A stretch of DNA of 64,000 bases from Oculatellaceae cyanobacterium bins.114. Its GTDB lineage: Bacteria; Cyanobacteriota; Cyanobacteriia; Elainellales; Elainellaceae. Positions 51,107 through 60,241 of this stretch are shown one piece after another. Below the pieces are notes generated by a model. The model was not told the DNA's origin and did not search any database. It saw nothing but the letters and a program-made list of their open reading frames with translations. Position 1 is the first letter of the stretch. The number at the start of each line of letters is the position of its first letter. The translations under genes were made by a program, and so were the position numbers. The stretch is taken from assembly GCA_033764315.1 (NCBI GenBank), contig JANRJA010000137.1, positions 32,001 to 96,000 of the forward strand, given 5' to 3'.

Positions 51107-51593
51107 ATGGAAGAAATGTTTGCTTTCAGCGGAGATCTAACCAAACCTTGAGCTTTTCTTAGAGTTTAGTATTGCTAGTCTTAACGTAAATGTTGTAAAA
51201 GCTAGAGCAAAATGAATTTTAGTAAATTGATCCCCACTTCCTAGAGGGATGGTGCTACTTTAAATATCAAGGCACAAGACCCGAAAGAAAGGGTCAACCA
51301 AAAATTATCTGGCATAGAGCCTGTGCCTCCCGCTCTAATCCAGTCGCGGCACCTCATTGCTCTGTAACGTTCACTTCAACTTGGTAGACCATTGCCTCGC
51401 CATTTGACCGAACTAAGGCCAAGGTTTGTAGGCACTACCTCAGCTTCTTAATCTCCTAAAGAGATAGGAATGGTTACAGGTAATAAAGGTATGCTGTGAG
51501 TTCGAGTCAACCCTAGTTGTAATTTGTTTCATTCCACTTCATTGTTCAAGTTCGACTCATTGGTTTGATTAAGTTAACTCAAATTACCTATCG

Positions 51594-51631
51594 AGGGTTT
51601 AGTAAGCACTACTAAACCCTAATTGTTTTTT
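51594..51631 (+). terminator. terminator-like hairpin in the leader of the ABC permease
   Basis: AGGGTTTAGTA-AGCAC-TACTAAACCCT (11-bp stem) followed by AATTGTTTTTT. Confidence 0.5.
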
Positions 51632-51854
51632 AAAGCCTGAGTTTTGCTAGTCGTGCGGGCAATCTTGCAGACTGTCACAAGGGTGCCATGTTAAGGTGCC
51701 ACACCAGAGTAGATTAAAGACAGACCCTTTAAAGTTTTAATAACTTTAGTGTTGTTTCAGCATAGTTTGCTTCAATTCAGTCAACTTTAGAGTTGCTTAT
51801 CAGAATTGACATCAATGCCGAAATTTAGTCGTTCTGGCGTTACTTGTCTCTTGC

Positions 51855-53093
51855 ATGGCTTCAATTGCCCGCCGAAATTTATTTGAAGACATCCCTCGTT
51901 TTTTGGTTGCTCAAGCGGGGATCATGTTTGCTGTTAGCTTGGTGACTATTCAAACTGGAATTCTCAATGGGTTTAGTCGTTCTACAACCTCATTGATTGA
52001 CAATTCCCAAGCTGATATCTGGTTGTCTGCTAATGAGATGGTTTATCTAGAGCTAACATTGCCACTCCCGGCAGGCATGGTGGCTCAGGCTCAAGATGTC
52101 GATGGGGTTGCCAGGGCAGAGGCACTCAGTGTGAGAGGGGCAACGTGGCGCAGCCAAAATGGTGAAATTTCTCCGGTGCGATTAATTGGGTTTAGTCCAG
52201 ATGGGCAATTGTTTACACCCGGTGAGTTGATCAACGGCAACTGGAGAAATTTAAGAGAGCCTTATACCTTTATCTTGGATGAGTCAAACTTAGATTCTCT
52301 GGATCTCCAAGAGCCTGGGGAAGAGGCAAGCATTGGTTCTTTGCCTGCTCGATTAATTGGTTTAACTCAAGAAACGCAGTCGATTGCCTCTAGTCCGTTC
52401 TTGTTTACCTCTTTAGAGAGTGCTAACGCTTATGTGACCTCTGGGTTAACCTCAACCACCAGTTGTCGCTTGGTGTCTGGCAACCTGCAATGTACGAATG
52501 TTTATCAGCGATCGCCATCCGGTGCCCCACCCGCTAAACCTGCTCCACTCACAGCCAACGATACGATTACCTATGTGCTCATTCAAGCGACAGCAGGGCA
52601 AGATTTAGAAGTGCTAAAGCAGCGGTTAGAGCAAACCATACCAGGGACTCGTGCCAATACCAAGTCAGAGATGTCTCGGCAAACCCGTGAGTATTGGCAA
52701 CAACGAACTGGGTTGGGCTTTGTTTTAGGGTTGGGGGCAACCGTTGGAGTGATCGTTGGCATGGTCATTGTTGGGCAGATCCTCTACTCTTCGGTCTCGG
52801 ATCACTTAAAGGAATTTGGCACGCTCAAGGCGATGGGGGCGTCTGATTGGTTGCTCTATCGTGTCATTATTGAGCAAGCTCTGTGGATGGCAACATTAGG
52901 CTACATCCCTAGCATGGCACTCTGTTTAGGGTTAGGGGCTTGGACTTTTGCCACTCAAGGCATCATGATTCTCATTACTCCGGTGACAGCCGCTGGAGTT
53001 TTAGGGATCACCGTGGTGATGTGTGTTGGCTCGGCTCTATTTGCAATTCAAAAGGTGACTCACGTTGATCCGGCAATTGTGTTTAAGGTGTGA
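51855..53093 (+). CDS. ABC exporter permease, FtsX/MacB (DevC-like)
   Basis: IARRNL, EFGTLKAMGA, VDPAIVF. Confidence 0.88.
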   Translation: MASIARRNLFEDIPRFLVAQAGIMFAVSLVTIQTGILNGFSRSTTSLIDNSQADIWLSANEMVYLELTLPLPAGMVAQAQDVDGVARAEALSVRGATWRSQNGEISPVRLIGFSPDGQLFTPGELINGNWRNLREPYTFILDESNLDSLDLQEPGEEASIGSLPARLIGLTQETQSIASSPFLFTSLESANAYVTSGLTSTTSCRLVSGNLQCTNVYQRSPSGAPPAKPAPLTANDTITYVLIQATAGQDLEVLKQRLEQTIPGTRANTKSEMSRQTREYWQQRTGLGFVLGLGATVGVIVGMVIVGQILYSSVSDHLKEFGTLKAMGASDWLLYRVIIEQALWMATLGYIPSMALCLGLGAWTFATQGIMILITPVTAAGVLGITVVMCVGSALFAIQKVTHVDPAIVFKV

Positions 53094-53489
53094 ACCAAGT
53101 TGTAAGAATTCCGTGTAGATCATTACGGAGTTACAGACTGCCATCTGAATACACTGGATAATAAATTTAATGCTGAGGGTCAATCCGAATTTTAAGGTTT
53201 CTACTGTGAATCTAAATCTTGAATCCTACGTCATAAAAGTTAGGGCTATTGGGAAGAAGGGTATTTTTAGAATATGTAGTTTAAAGCATATAGAGTCACC
53301 TGTTTAGGCTAGCCGCATGGATGAAGGCATACTTTACGGTTTCCGCCTAATCTAAAGATAGGTCGTTATGTCTTTCCTGGCCGTTTTTCTGTAAGTAAGG
53401 GTTTATTAGTTTTTCCAATCGTTGCCTCCACACTGAATTCATTGCTCTCTACTCGTCTAGAAGCCTGCATCTTACTCAACCTATAATGT

Positions 53490-54242
53490 ATGACTGCCTC
53501 TAAAATCCGTTTAACAGAGTCTCCCAAAATCACAAATTACACCAAACCTGCTTTAGATTTGGCTACCACTAAGAGTAGAGCAATTGTGGCAAAGCATGTG
53601 GAGATGGTGTTTCAGTCTGGAAACCAAAAGTTTCAAGCGTTGAGTGATATCAATCTTGAGGTTAACGCTGGTGATATTCAGCTGTTGATGGGTCCTTCGG
53701 GATCTGGCAAGACAACACTGTTATCTATCCTGGGGGGCATTTTGACCCCCACGACTGGAAGTGTTCGCTTGCTGGGGCAAGAGATCACTACGTTATCTCG
53801 GACTCAATTGGCTAAATTTCGACTACAACACATTGGCTTTATCTTTCAAGGCTTCAATCTCTTTCCAGCTCTGACAGCGATTGAGAACGTTGAAGTAGCG
53901 TTGACTATGAAGGGAATGCGCGATCGCGTAGCTCACCTTGAAGCGGCTAATTTGCTAGAGCAAGTTGGATTGGCGGATAAAGCGAAAAATCTGCCTTCGG
54001 AATTGTCGGGTGGACAAAAACAACGAGTGGCGATCGCCCGTGCGTTGGCTGGTAGTCCTGCGTTAATCATGGCAGATGAGCAAACGGCAGCTCTTGACTC
54101 GCACAGTGGTCATGCGGTGATTGATCTGCTGCGTCGATTGGCAAAAGAGGGTGGGCACACCGTCTTAATGGTGACGCATGATCCCCGGATTATTGATGTT
54201 GCCGATCGCGTGACTCATCTCGAAGATGGGTTCTTGCAGTAA
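53490..54242 (+). CDS. ABC ATP-binding protein, LolD/DevA-like
   Basis: GPSGSGKTT, GFIFQGFNL, LSGGQKQR, MADEQTAALD. Confidence 0.92.
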   Translation: MTASKIRLTESPKITNYTKPALDLATTKSRAIVAKHVEMVFQSGNQKFQALSDINLEVNAGDIQLLMGPSGSGKTTLLSILGGILTPTTGSVRLLGQEITTLSRTQLAKFRLQHIGFIFQGFNLFPALTAIENVEVALTMKGMRDRVAHLEAANLLEQVGLADKAKNLPSELSGGQKQRVAIARALAGSPALIMADEQTAALDSHSGHAVIDLLRRLAKEGGHTVLMVTHDPRIIDVADRVTHLEDGFLQ

Positions 54243-54271
54243 GGGCACGATCAGAGGCAATAGAACTTGGT

Positions 54272-54300
54272 TAGGGCGTTTCATGAAACGCCCTATTTTT
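54272..54300 (+). terminator. palindromic hairpin / terminator
   Basis: TAGGGCGTTTCATGAAACGCCCTA, a perfect palindrome followed by T5. Confidence 0.65.
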
Positions 54301-54404
54301 GTCTAAACCGTTAAACCCAAGTCGTCCCATTCACAGGCCGCAACAGCGATCGCGCACAGCTTCTTGATTTTCTAAAGCCATTGCCCGAAGGATGCAAAAT
54401 ACCA

Positions 54405-54437
54405 AGAAGTCGGAGGTTTCTTCAACTTCCGACTTCT
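54405..54437. repeat. REP-like hairpin 3' of the flavodoxin gene
   Basis: AGAAGTCGGAGGTT-TCTTC-AACTTCCGACTTCT. Confidence 0.6.
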
Positions 54438-54447
54438 GCTACTGAGC

Positions 54448-55053
54448 TTAGGCAGAGACTAACTGCTTTGCCCAACGATGTGTGGCTTCGGCAATTCGCT
54501 GTCCATAGGTTTCAGCTGTGAGGCGATCGCCAGGATCAATCTCAGCAGGAGCACCGCTCATATCCAATATGCTTTGACCCATGACACCCAAGAATGAACC
54601 GAGACGATTTAACCCATCGGTCTTACCCGCATAAACACTGGGAAGTTCGCCAAAACCAACCCAGATCATGCCGTGTTGAGCCGCATTGATCGCTAAATAA
54701 AGGAGAGTTCCCTGTTTGTCGCCACTAAGCGAACCGGAGTGAGTAAAGCCACCAGCAATTTTATCCTTCCATTGCTGACTAAACCAGGCAGAACTGGCTG
54801 CATCGACAAACGCCTTAAACTGAGCCGCAACGCCGCCCATATAGGTGGGAGTGCCAAACACAATGGCATCTGCCTGACTCAGTTTTTCGAGCATGGCATC
54901 ATCTTGCCAGCGACCATTGACGATTTGTTCACCTGTAATCCGCAACAATTCAACTGTACTATCTGAAACCTTGCTAACCCCTGCTGCGACGGCTTCTGCC
55001 ATGAGATGAGTGTGTCCTGACCCGGAAAAGTATACGATTGCGATCGCTACCAT
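54448..55053 (-). CDS. WrbA-like flavodoxin / NAD(P)H:quinone oxidoreductase
   Basis: YFSGSGHT, FGTPTYMG, WKDKIAGGFT. Confidence 0.88.
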   Translation of the reverse strand: MVAIAIVYFSGSGHTHLMAEAVAAGVSKVSDSTVELLRITGEQIVNGRWQDDAMLEKLSQADAIVFGTPTYMGGVAAQFKAFVDAASSAWFSQQWKDKIAGGFTHSGSLSGDKQGTLLYLAINAAQHGMIWVGFGELPSVYAGKTDGLNRLGSFLGVMGQSILDMSGAPAEIDPGDRLTAETYGQRIAEATHRWAKQLVSA

Positions 55054-55090
55054 AAAGACCTCTAAGGTAAGTTGTCATCGTTGCCTACAA

Positions 55091-55144
55091 TAGATACTAA
55101 AAGTAACTAATTACAAAAGAAAAGTAGGTACTTTTAGGTAACTA
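55091..55144. promoter_or_regulatory. putative HxlR-family operator inverted repeats
   Basis: TAGATACT-AAA-AGTAACTA (55091-55109) and AAAAGTA-GG-TACTTTT (55120-55135) in the divergent intergenic region. Confidence 0.55.
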
Positions 55145-55168
55145 CCAGGCATTACCGAGTTTGCAAAC

Positions 55169-55528
55169 ATGGCCTCCCGTTCACAGTCTCAGTTACATCC
55201 CTGCCCAGTCAGCATTCTCATGGGTGTCTTGTCTGGACCTTGGACGATGTATATTTTGTGGGTGTTGTCTACTAATGGCCCTACCCGCTTTGGTGTCTTG
55301 AAACGACAAATTCAAGGAATTTCAACCAAGGTCTTGACCGATCGTTTGCGGATGTTGGAACAGGAAGAAATTCTCTATCGGCATTATGAACCCACCGTGC
55401 CACCCCAGGTGACGTATGGCTTAACCGAGCGAGGCTTAGAGTTGGTTGTCATTCTTGACCAGTTAAACAGTCTTGCTCAGTGTTGGTATGGTGACTCACC
55501 CAACCTGCGCCAGTCAGACGCATCCTGA
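55169..55528 (+). CDS. HxlR/DUF24 family transcriptional regulator
   Basis: CPV..L, W...IL, RFG.LKR.I.GIS.KVLT.RLR.LE, PPQVTYGLT..G. Confidence 0.92.
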   Translation: MASRSQSQLHPCPVSILMGVLSGPWTMYILWVLSTNGPTRFGVLKRQIQGISTKVLTDRLRMLEQEEILYRHYEPTVPPQVTYGLTERGLELVVILDQLNSLAQCWYGDSPNLRQSDAS

Positions 55529-55536
55529 CTTAGGTT

Positions 55537-56883
55537 TTAGACCACAGGTTGAATCGTGCGGAAAAAATCGCCAATGAGATATAAAGAGCCGCAAAGAATC
55601 GTTGTGCCCCCAGAGCCTTCAGCGTCAATCCCTTGAAATGAGGCTTGTAACCCCTCTAAAACCGTGGCACAAGAGCGACATTCTGCTAGTTCAGGACAGC
55701 TCTTGAGGGCTAAAGTAGTGAGTTCATCTAAATCTGCCGAGGCGTGATCGGGCACTGGGACGAGATAGAGGCGATCGCCCGGACGCAGCAATGCCTGAAA
55801 GACATCAGCATGATCTTTGTTAGCCAACATTCCCATCACCCAACCGATGGGAGAGTGCACGTTGTCGTTATGGTCGATGTTATGGTCGATGTAGTGCCGC
55901 AAGGCGATCGCCCCCGCCGGATTGTGTGCCCCATCAATTAAGAGCGATCGCCCCTCCCAGGTGATCCATTGCAGACGGGCAAACCAACGAGTTTTTGCCA
56001 TGCCTTCAGCGATCGTACTAGAGTCGATCGCCCATCCTTGCGATTGCAACAGTTGCAGAGCTGTAATGGCTAAAGCGGAGTTGGATAACTGATGAGCACC
56101 GGGTAACGGTAATTGATATTTCAGCGGATAGCACCAGGTTGGGGCTGCTGAGATCATTCTCATCCCGGTATATTCTGCCCAGCCATCGCCTAGATCACGG
56201 GATGGCTCGATCCAATAGGTTGGGCACGTCAAATCTGTGGCTCGTTGTTGGACGACTCCCTCTGCATCTGGGGGAAAGGCCGCTAAAATTGCCGGACATC
56301 CTGGCTTAAGAATTCCAGCTTTTTCACGAGCAATGTCAGCTAAGGTGGGGCCTAATCGCTGCCAGTGCTCTCGGCTCAACGAGGTGATGATGCTAGCAAG
56401 GGGGCGATCGCACACATTAGTAGCATCTAGCCGTCCACCTAAGCCGACCTCAATTACGGCAACATCCACCTGGCACTCTGCAAAATATAACCAGGCAGCC
56501 GCAGTAATCACTTCAAATTGAGTGGGCGAGGGGTAATCGGGTTGAATGGCCGCTATCACCCTGAGTAAGAGGTGATGTAACTCAGCGGGGGCGATCGGTT
56601 GTTCATTGATGCAAATGCGTTCACACCAGTCCACTAGATGGGGTGAGGTATATCGTCCAACTCGATATCCAGCATAAGTCAACACAGCCGATAAATAAGC
56701 GCAGACAGAACCTTTGCCGTTACTCCCGGCGACATGCAAGACGGGCATGTGCTGATGAGGATTGCCCAGATTTTCTAGCAATCGCTCGATCCGCTCTAAG
56801 CCCAAGTCCACCCCAAAGTGAGCAAACCTCTCTAAAAGGGCTTCAACGTTTTCCACCCAGTGATCCATCGAATTTTTTGTCAA
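55537..56883 (-). CDS. folC: folylpolyglutamate synthase / dihydrofolate synthase
   Basis: HVAGSNGKGS, YTSPHL, EVGLGGRLDATN, DGAHNP, CGSLYL. Confidence 0.96.
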   Translation of the reverse strand: MTKNSMDHWVENVEALLERFAHFGVDLGLERIERLLENLGNPHQHMPVLHVAGSNGKGSVCAYLSAVLTYAGYRVGRYTSPHLVDWCERICINEQPIAPAELHHLLLRVIAAIQPDYPSPTQFEVITAAAWLYFAECQVDVAVIEVGLGGRLDATNVCDRPLASIITSLSREHWQRLGPTLADIAREKAGILKPGCPAILAAFPPDAEGVVQQRATDLTCPTYWIEPSRDLGDGWAEYTGMRMISAAPTWCYPLKYQLPLPGAHQLSNSALAITALQLLQSQGWAIDSSTIAEGMAKTRWFARLQWITWEGRSLLIDGAHNPAGAIALRHYIDHNIDHNDNVHSPIGWVMGMLANKDHADVFQALLRPGDRLYLVPVPDHASADLDELTTLALKSCPELAECRSCATVLEGLQASFQGIDAEGSGGTTILCGSLYLIGDFFRTIQPVV

Positions 56884-56915
56884 AACGAAGCTTATTTATT
56901 ATCAGCAAAAATCAA

Positions 56916-57842
56916 CTACAAACTGATCGGGGTAGATGGTCGATTAAGCATTAATCGCAGCACTGACAAGCTGAGAACGAGTAAGAACAGGACTAGTCCC
57001 ACAGTACAGGCATAGCTCATCTCTAACTCTTGAAAGGCTTGCTCATAGACGTAATACACAATTGTCTTAGAGCTGTTGCGAGGGCCTCCCTGCGTCATGA
57101 TATAGACCTCTTCAAACACCTTGGTCGCTGAGATTGCCGAAATCACTGCTACCAGAAACAAATAGGGCTTCATCAGGGGAATGGTGATATCCCAGTGTTT
57201 TTGCCAACCATCAGAACCGTCGATCGCGGCTGCCTCATATAGATCAGCGGGAATGGATTGCAACCCTGCTAGATAGATCACCATGTAATACCCCAACCCT
57301 TTCCATACGGTGACTGCCATGACACTAAACAGGGCAAATTTAGGACTGGTTAACCAGGGAATGCCTTCTTCAGACAGGTGCAACGCCTGTAGCAGTTGAT
57401 TGAGCAACCCTGTTTCGGAATAGAGCCAACGCCAAGCAATGCCAGCGACCACCATCGAAATGACTACAGGAGTATAGTACGCCGCCCGAAACCAGTGCAT
57501 TCCTGGAATGGCTTGATTGACCAAAATGGCTAACCCCAGTGGCACCGTCACCAAAATAGGCACGACGCCGACCAGATAAATCACCGTGTTGATCAGGGTT
57601 TTCCAAAAGACATCATCTTTTAGTAGTGCCTTTAAATTATCTAGCCCAATCCATACAGGAGGTTGGGTGAGGTCAAATTCATAGCGAGTAAAGCTCAGGT
57701 AAAAAGCTTGTAGAGCCGGATAAAAGACAGTCAACGAGAGAATTAACAGAGCTGGTAACAAAAACAAATAAGGTGTCAGTCGTTGCCATCGTTGAATCCA
57801 ACGAGTCGAAGACGGGGGTTGCATTTGACTGACATTCGACAT
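56916..57842 (-). CDS. carbohydrate ABC permease (MalF/LacF-like)
   Basis: YLFLLPA, WKGLGYYMVIYLAGLQ, LYEAAAIDG. Confidence 0.92.
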   Translation of the reverse strand: MSNVSQMQPPSSTRWIQRWQRLTPYLFLLPALLILSLTVFYPALQAFYLSFTRYEFDLTQPPVWIGLDNLKALLKDDVFWKTLINTVIYLVGVVPILVTVPLGLAILVNQAIPGMHWFRAAYYTPVVISMVVAGIAWRWLYSETGLLNQLLQALHLSEEGIPWLTSPKFALFSVMAVTVWKGLGYYMVIYLAGLQSIPADLYEAAAIDGSDGWQKHWDITIPLMKPYLFLVAVISAISATKVFEEVYIMTQGGPRNSSKTIVYYVYEQAFQELEMSYACTVGLVLFLLVLSLSVLRLMLNRPSTPISL

Positions 57843-57935
57843 GATGGACGACCTGAACTACTGAAACTGCTCTTGTCAAGTTATCACGTTGTAACGAAAT
57901 TCAAAGAATTTGCGATCACCTAGCTCAAGAGATAT

Positions 57936-57949
57936 AGTACACTTGTACC
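57936..57949. promoter_or_regulatory. cyanobacterial LexA box
   Basis: AGTACACTTGTACC matches RGTAC-NNN-D-GTWC-B exactly; a second palindrome TAGTAC-N8-GTACTA lies at 57962-57981. Confidence 0.7.
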
Positions 57950-58035
57950 ATATCAATACATTAGTACTAACTTGCGTACTATAAATCTTGCATCAACTTC
58001 GCCTTAGAAAGCATCAAGCATTCATAAAATCCCCG

Positions 58036-58413
58036 ATGAAATCCCAGGAGTCATTGCGAATGCAAATCCGACAACGCCCCCTTGAAACCCGTTCTCCCCA
58101 TTCGATCCATCCTCGCTCAATTTCTCGAAATGTGAGTGAAACAGACTTGCCGCAGTGGTTGCAGCCTCCGACCGAATTTACCTCAGCACTAGCAGAGGCG
58201 ATCGCTTGGATTGCAGCCGCAACGGCGATCCGCATGGTGATGGATTGGCTCTTAGCTAGCTCACCTGATTTTTGGATTCCTGTCTTGATTGGCATTGTTA
58301 CTCCAGCGGCGATCGCGGTCGGGCTATCAACCCTGATGCCGCAGTTGAGTTTGGTTTTAGGATATCGCCTGATTCTAGTCATGCTTGGGTTGTTAATCGG
58401 AGGAAAGCTATGA
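58036..58413 (+). CDS. hypothetical membrane protein (about 3 TM)
   Basis: Three hydrophobic segments in the C-terminal half; start ATG 58036 or 58060. Confidence 0.7.
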   Translation: MKSQESLRMQIRQRPLETRSPHSIHPRSISRNVSETDLPQWLQPPTEFTSALAEAIAWIAAATAIRMVMDWLLASSPDFWIPVLIGIVTPAAIAVGLSTLMPQLSLVLGYRLILVMLGLLIGGKL

Positions 58414-58508
58414 GCATTGTGATGGGAGCCGTTTGGCTAATGATCGTGTTGTCTTGTTTTGTATTGGCACTGGGAGGGCAGGCAAATGAACAGGAAGATG
58501 AAGCGTAA
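58410..58508 (+). CDS. putative 32-aa single-TM peptide
   Basis: ATGA overlap with the upstream stop; GGAGG 6 nt upstream; MSIVMGAVWLMIVLSCFVLALGGQANEQEDEA. Confidence 0.45.
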   Translation: MSIVMGAVWLMIVLSCFVLALGGQANEQEDEA

Positions 58509-58887
58509 ACCTCAGAAAAATCCACCGAACGTGAAATATCTCTTGGCGGGCGGCTCGATGCTGGTGTTGGTTGGGGTTTTGGCAGATGTGAGAGCCGTGT
58601 TTAAGCCTGCTGCACCCAGTAATGTTTGCCAAGAGGTCGTGCAGTCTCAGTCGGTGTTGTCGCGAGATGAGTTAGCTCGGTTGCTCAATGTGCCAGAACG
58701 AGACACTAAAGAAGCGATTCGGGCGGTCGTCAGTGAGCCTTATTGCCTGTTGCCCAATGTTGAGATTCGGGCAGGGGTAACCGCTGAGCGAGAAGCCTAT
58801 CCACTTGCTTTTGACCCCCAAACCTGGTTTGTGGTGCTCTATGAGGGCAATGAATATGCAGGTTATTCATTTGTCTTTCAGCATTAA
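58486..58887 (+). CDS. hypothetical bitopic membrane protein with a small periplasmic domain
   Basis: GGAGG RBS, basic N-terminus, one TM segment, two Cys, EAYPLAFDPQTWFVVLYEG.EYAGY. Confidence 0.75.
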   Translation: MNRKMKRKPQKNPPNVKYLLAGGSMLVLVGVLADVRAVFKPAAPSNVCQEVVQSQSVLSRDELARLLNVPERDTKEAIRAVVSEPYCLLPNVEIRAGVTAEREAYPLAFDPQTWFVVLYEGNEYAGYSFVFQH

Positions 58888-58942
58888 TTTCATTCAAACT
58901 CAAGTCCCCATTTAAGTCCCGCTTATTGTTGCGCCTCCGGTT

Positions 58943-60196
58943 ATGAAGAACTATTGTTTTGCGGCGATTGGTATGATGGCGATCGCTCTTGGTCTTGCCC
59001 CTGCTGCGACTGCCACCGATGCTTCCTCCATCGGGTTAGATTTTTCATTGGCTCCTGGCACTTCTCCTGAGACTGTAGAGAGTGGAAGTTTAACACCTCT
59101 CAAACCTGTCAATGGAGTGCAAGCTGTTGAAGAAACTCAGGTAACACCGCTAGCGATTCCCATGCAAGCTCCTGCTGCCCCTTTAGGCTCTGAGAGTAAG
59201 CCAACCGATACTGCCAAGTTGCCCCCTCCGCCTGTAGTTGCGGCACAGGCTTCCCCTAGCTCGGTTGCTGCTCCTGAGTCAACCGTTCCACAGGCTCCGG
59301 TGCCAACTCCACCAACCGTTACGCCTCAACCCGTTGCAGTACAGCCCGCTCCAGCGCAAGTGTCTCCTCAGGAAACAGTGGGGCGATCGCCTCAATCGGC
59401 TCCTCAACCAGCTTCTCGCTCTGCTAACTCAGACGGCATTTTGAGTTTTGAGCAAGAACAGATTACCCCGACCGCACAAGCGACTATAAATCCTCCTGCG
59501 TCGTCTGGTTTCTCTGCTTCACTGCAAGCCTTTTCTGAGTTAGATGCATTGTTTCATGGGGGGAACAACTCTCTGGTTGCCAGAGCGGTTGGTAGTGCGG
59601 AGGGCACTCGTACCCCTGACGGGGCTAAAACTCGTGCCTATCGAGGACATGTTGACCCTGGCAATGGCGTTTGGAATTTAGGTACTTTTTCGTATCAGCA
59701 TGGGGCTCAGTCACCAGAGGAGGCAGACCAACGGCAACTGCGACGGTTACGCAATCAAGCTATGACGTTGCGACAGGCGGCTGAAACGAAAGGGTTGCAG
59801 TTGACCCTTGAAGAAGAACTAAACGGCATCGACCTGGCCAATCAATCGCCTAGAGCTGCATTGAGTCGAGGGGGTTATATCGATCGGCTGCGCCAGGCAC
59901 ACGATATGGGCTTGCAGGGAACGGATGCAGTCTTGTGGGCACGGACACGCTCCTACCTGGATCCTGATTCAGGTCGGTGGAATGCACCTGGATTGGGCAA
60001 CAATGTCTATTCCATTACGAATGATCAAGAAAGGCGATTACGGGCGATCGCTCGTGCCATCGCAGCTAAGCCTCAGGCTACTGCGTCCGCTAACTCTACG
60101 CCTGCTCCGGTCAATCCTAGGGCTGCTCTAAATGTCGAGCCATCTCAAATCGAAGCAAATGCTGATCTAATCCTCTCGCTGGATTTGTCTCCTTGA
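58943..60196 (+). CDS. secreted hypothetical protein: Pro/Ala-rich linker plus C-terminal globular, possibly lysozyme-like domain
   Basis: Signal peptide ending ATA; AEGTRTPDG...AYRGHVDPGNGVWNLG. Confidence 0.75.
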   Translation: MKNYCFAAIGMMAIALGLAPAATATDASSIGLDFSLAPGTSPETVESGSLTPLKPVNGVQAVEETQVTPLAIPMQAPAAPLGSESKPTDTAKLPPPPVVAAQASPSSVAAPESTVPQAPVPTPPTVTPQPVAVQPAPAQVSPQETVGRSPQSAPQPASRSANSDGILSFEQEQITPTAQATINPPASSGFSASLQAFSELDALFHGGNNSLVARAVGSAEGTRTPDGAKTRAYRGHVDPGNGVWNLGTFSYQHGAQSPEEADQRQLRRLRNQAMTLRQAAETKGLQLTLEEELNGIDLANQSPRAALSRGGYIDRLRQAHDMGLQGTDAVLWARTRSYLDPDSGRWNAPGLGNNVYSITNDQERRLRAIARAIAAKPQATASANSTPAPVNPRAALNVEPSQIEANADLILSLDLSP

Positions 60197-60241
60197 TAAG
60201 CCTTGATAGAAAACAGGCGAGGCATGATGTTGGTTGCTCGA

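Noticed and set aside
51265..51330. c-di-GMP-I riboswitch
   Set aside because: A GAAA-containing hairpin is present, but I could not find the conserved GCAAA/P2 pattern.
54070..54095. DEQT instead of DEPT in the ABC ATPase as a sign of inactivation
   Set aside because: Walker A, signature, catalytic Glu, D-loop Asp and H-loop are intact, so a single substitution is insufficient evidence.
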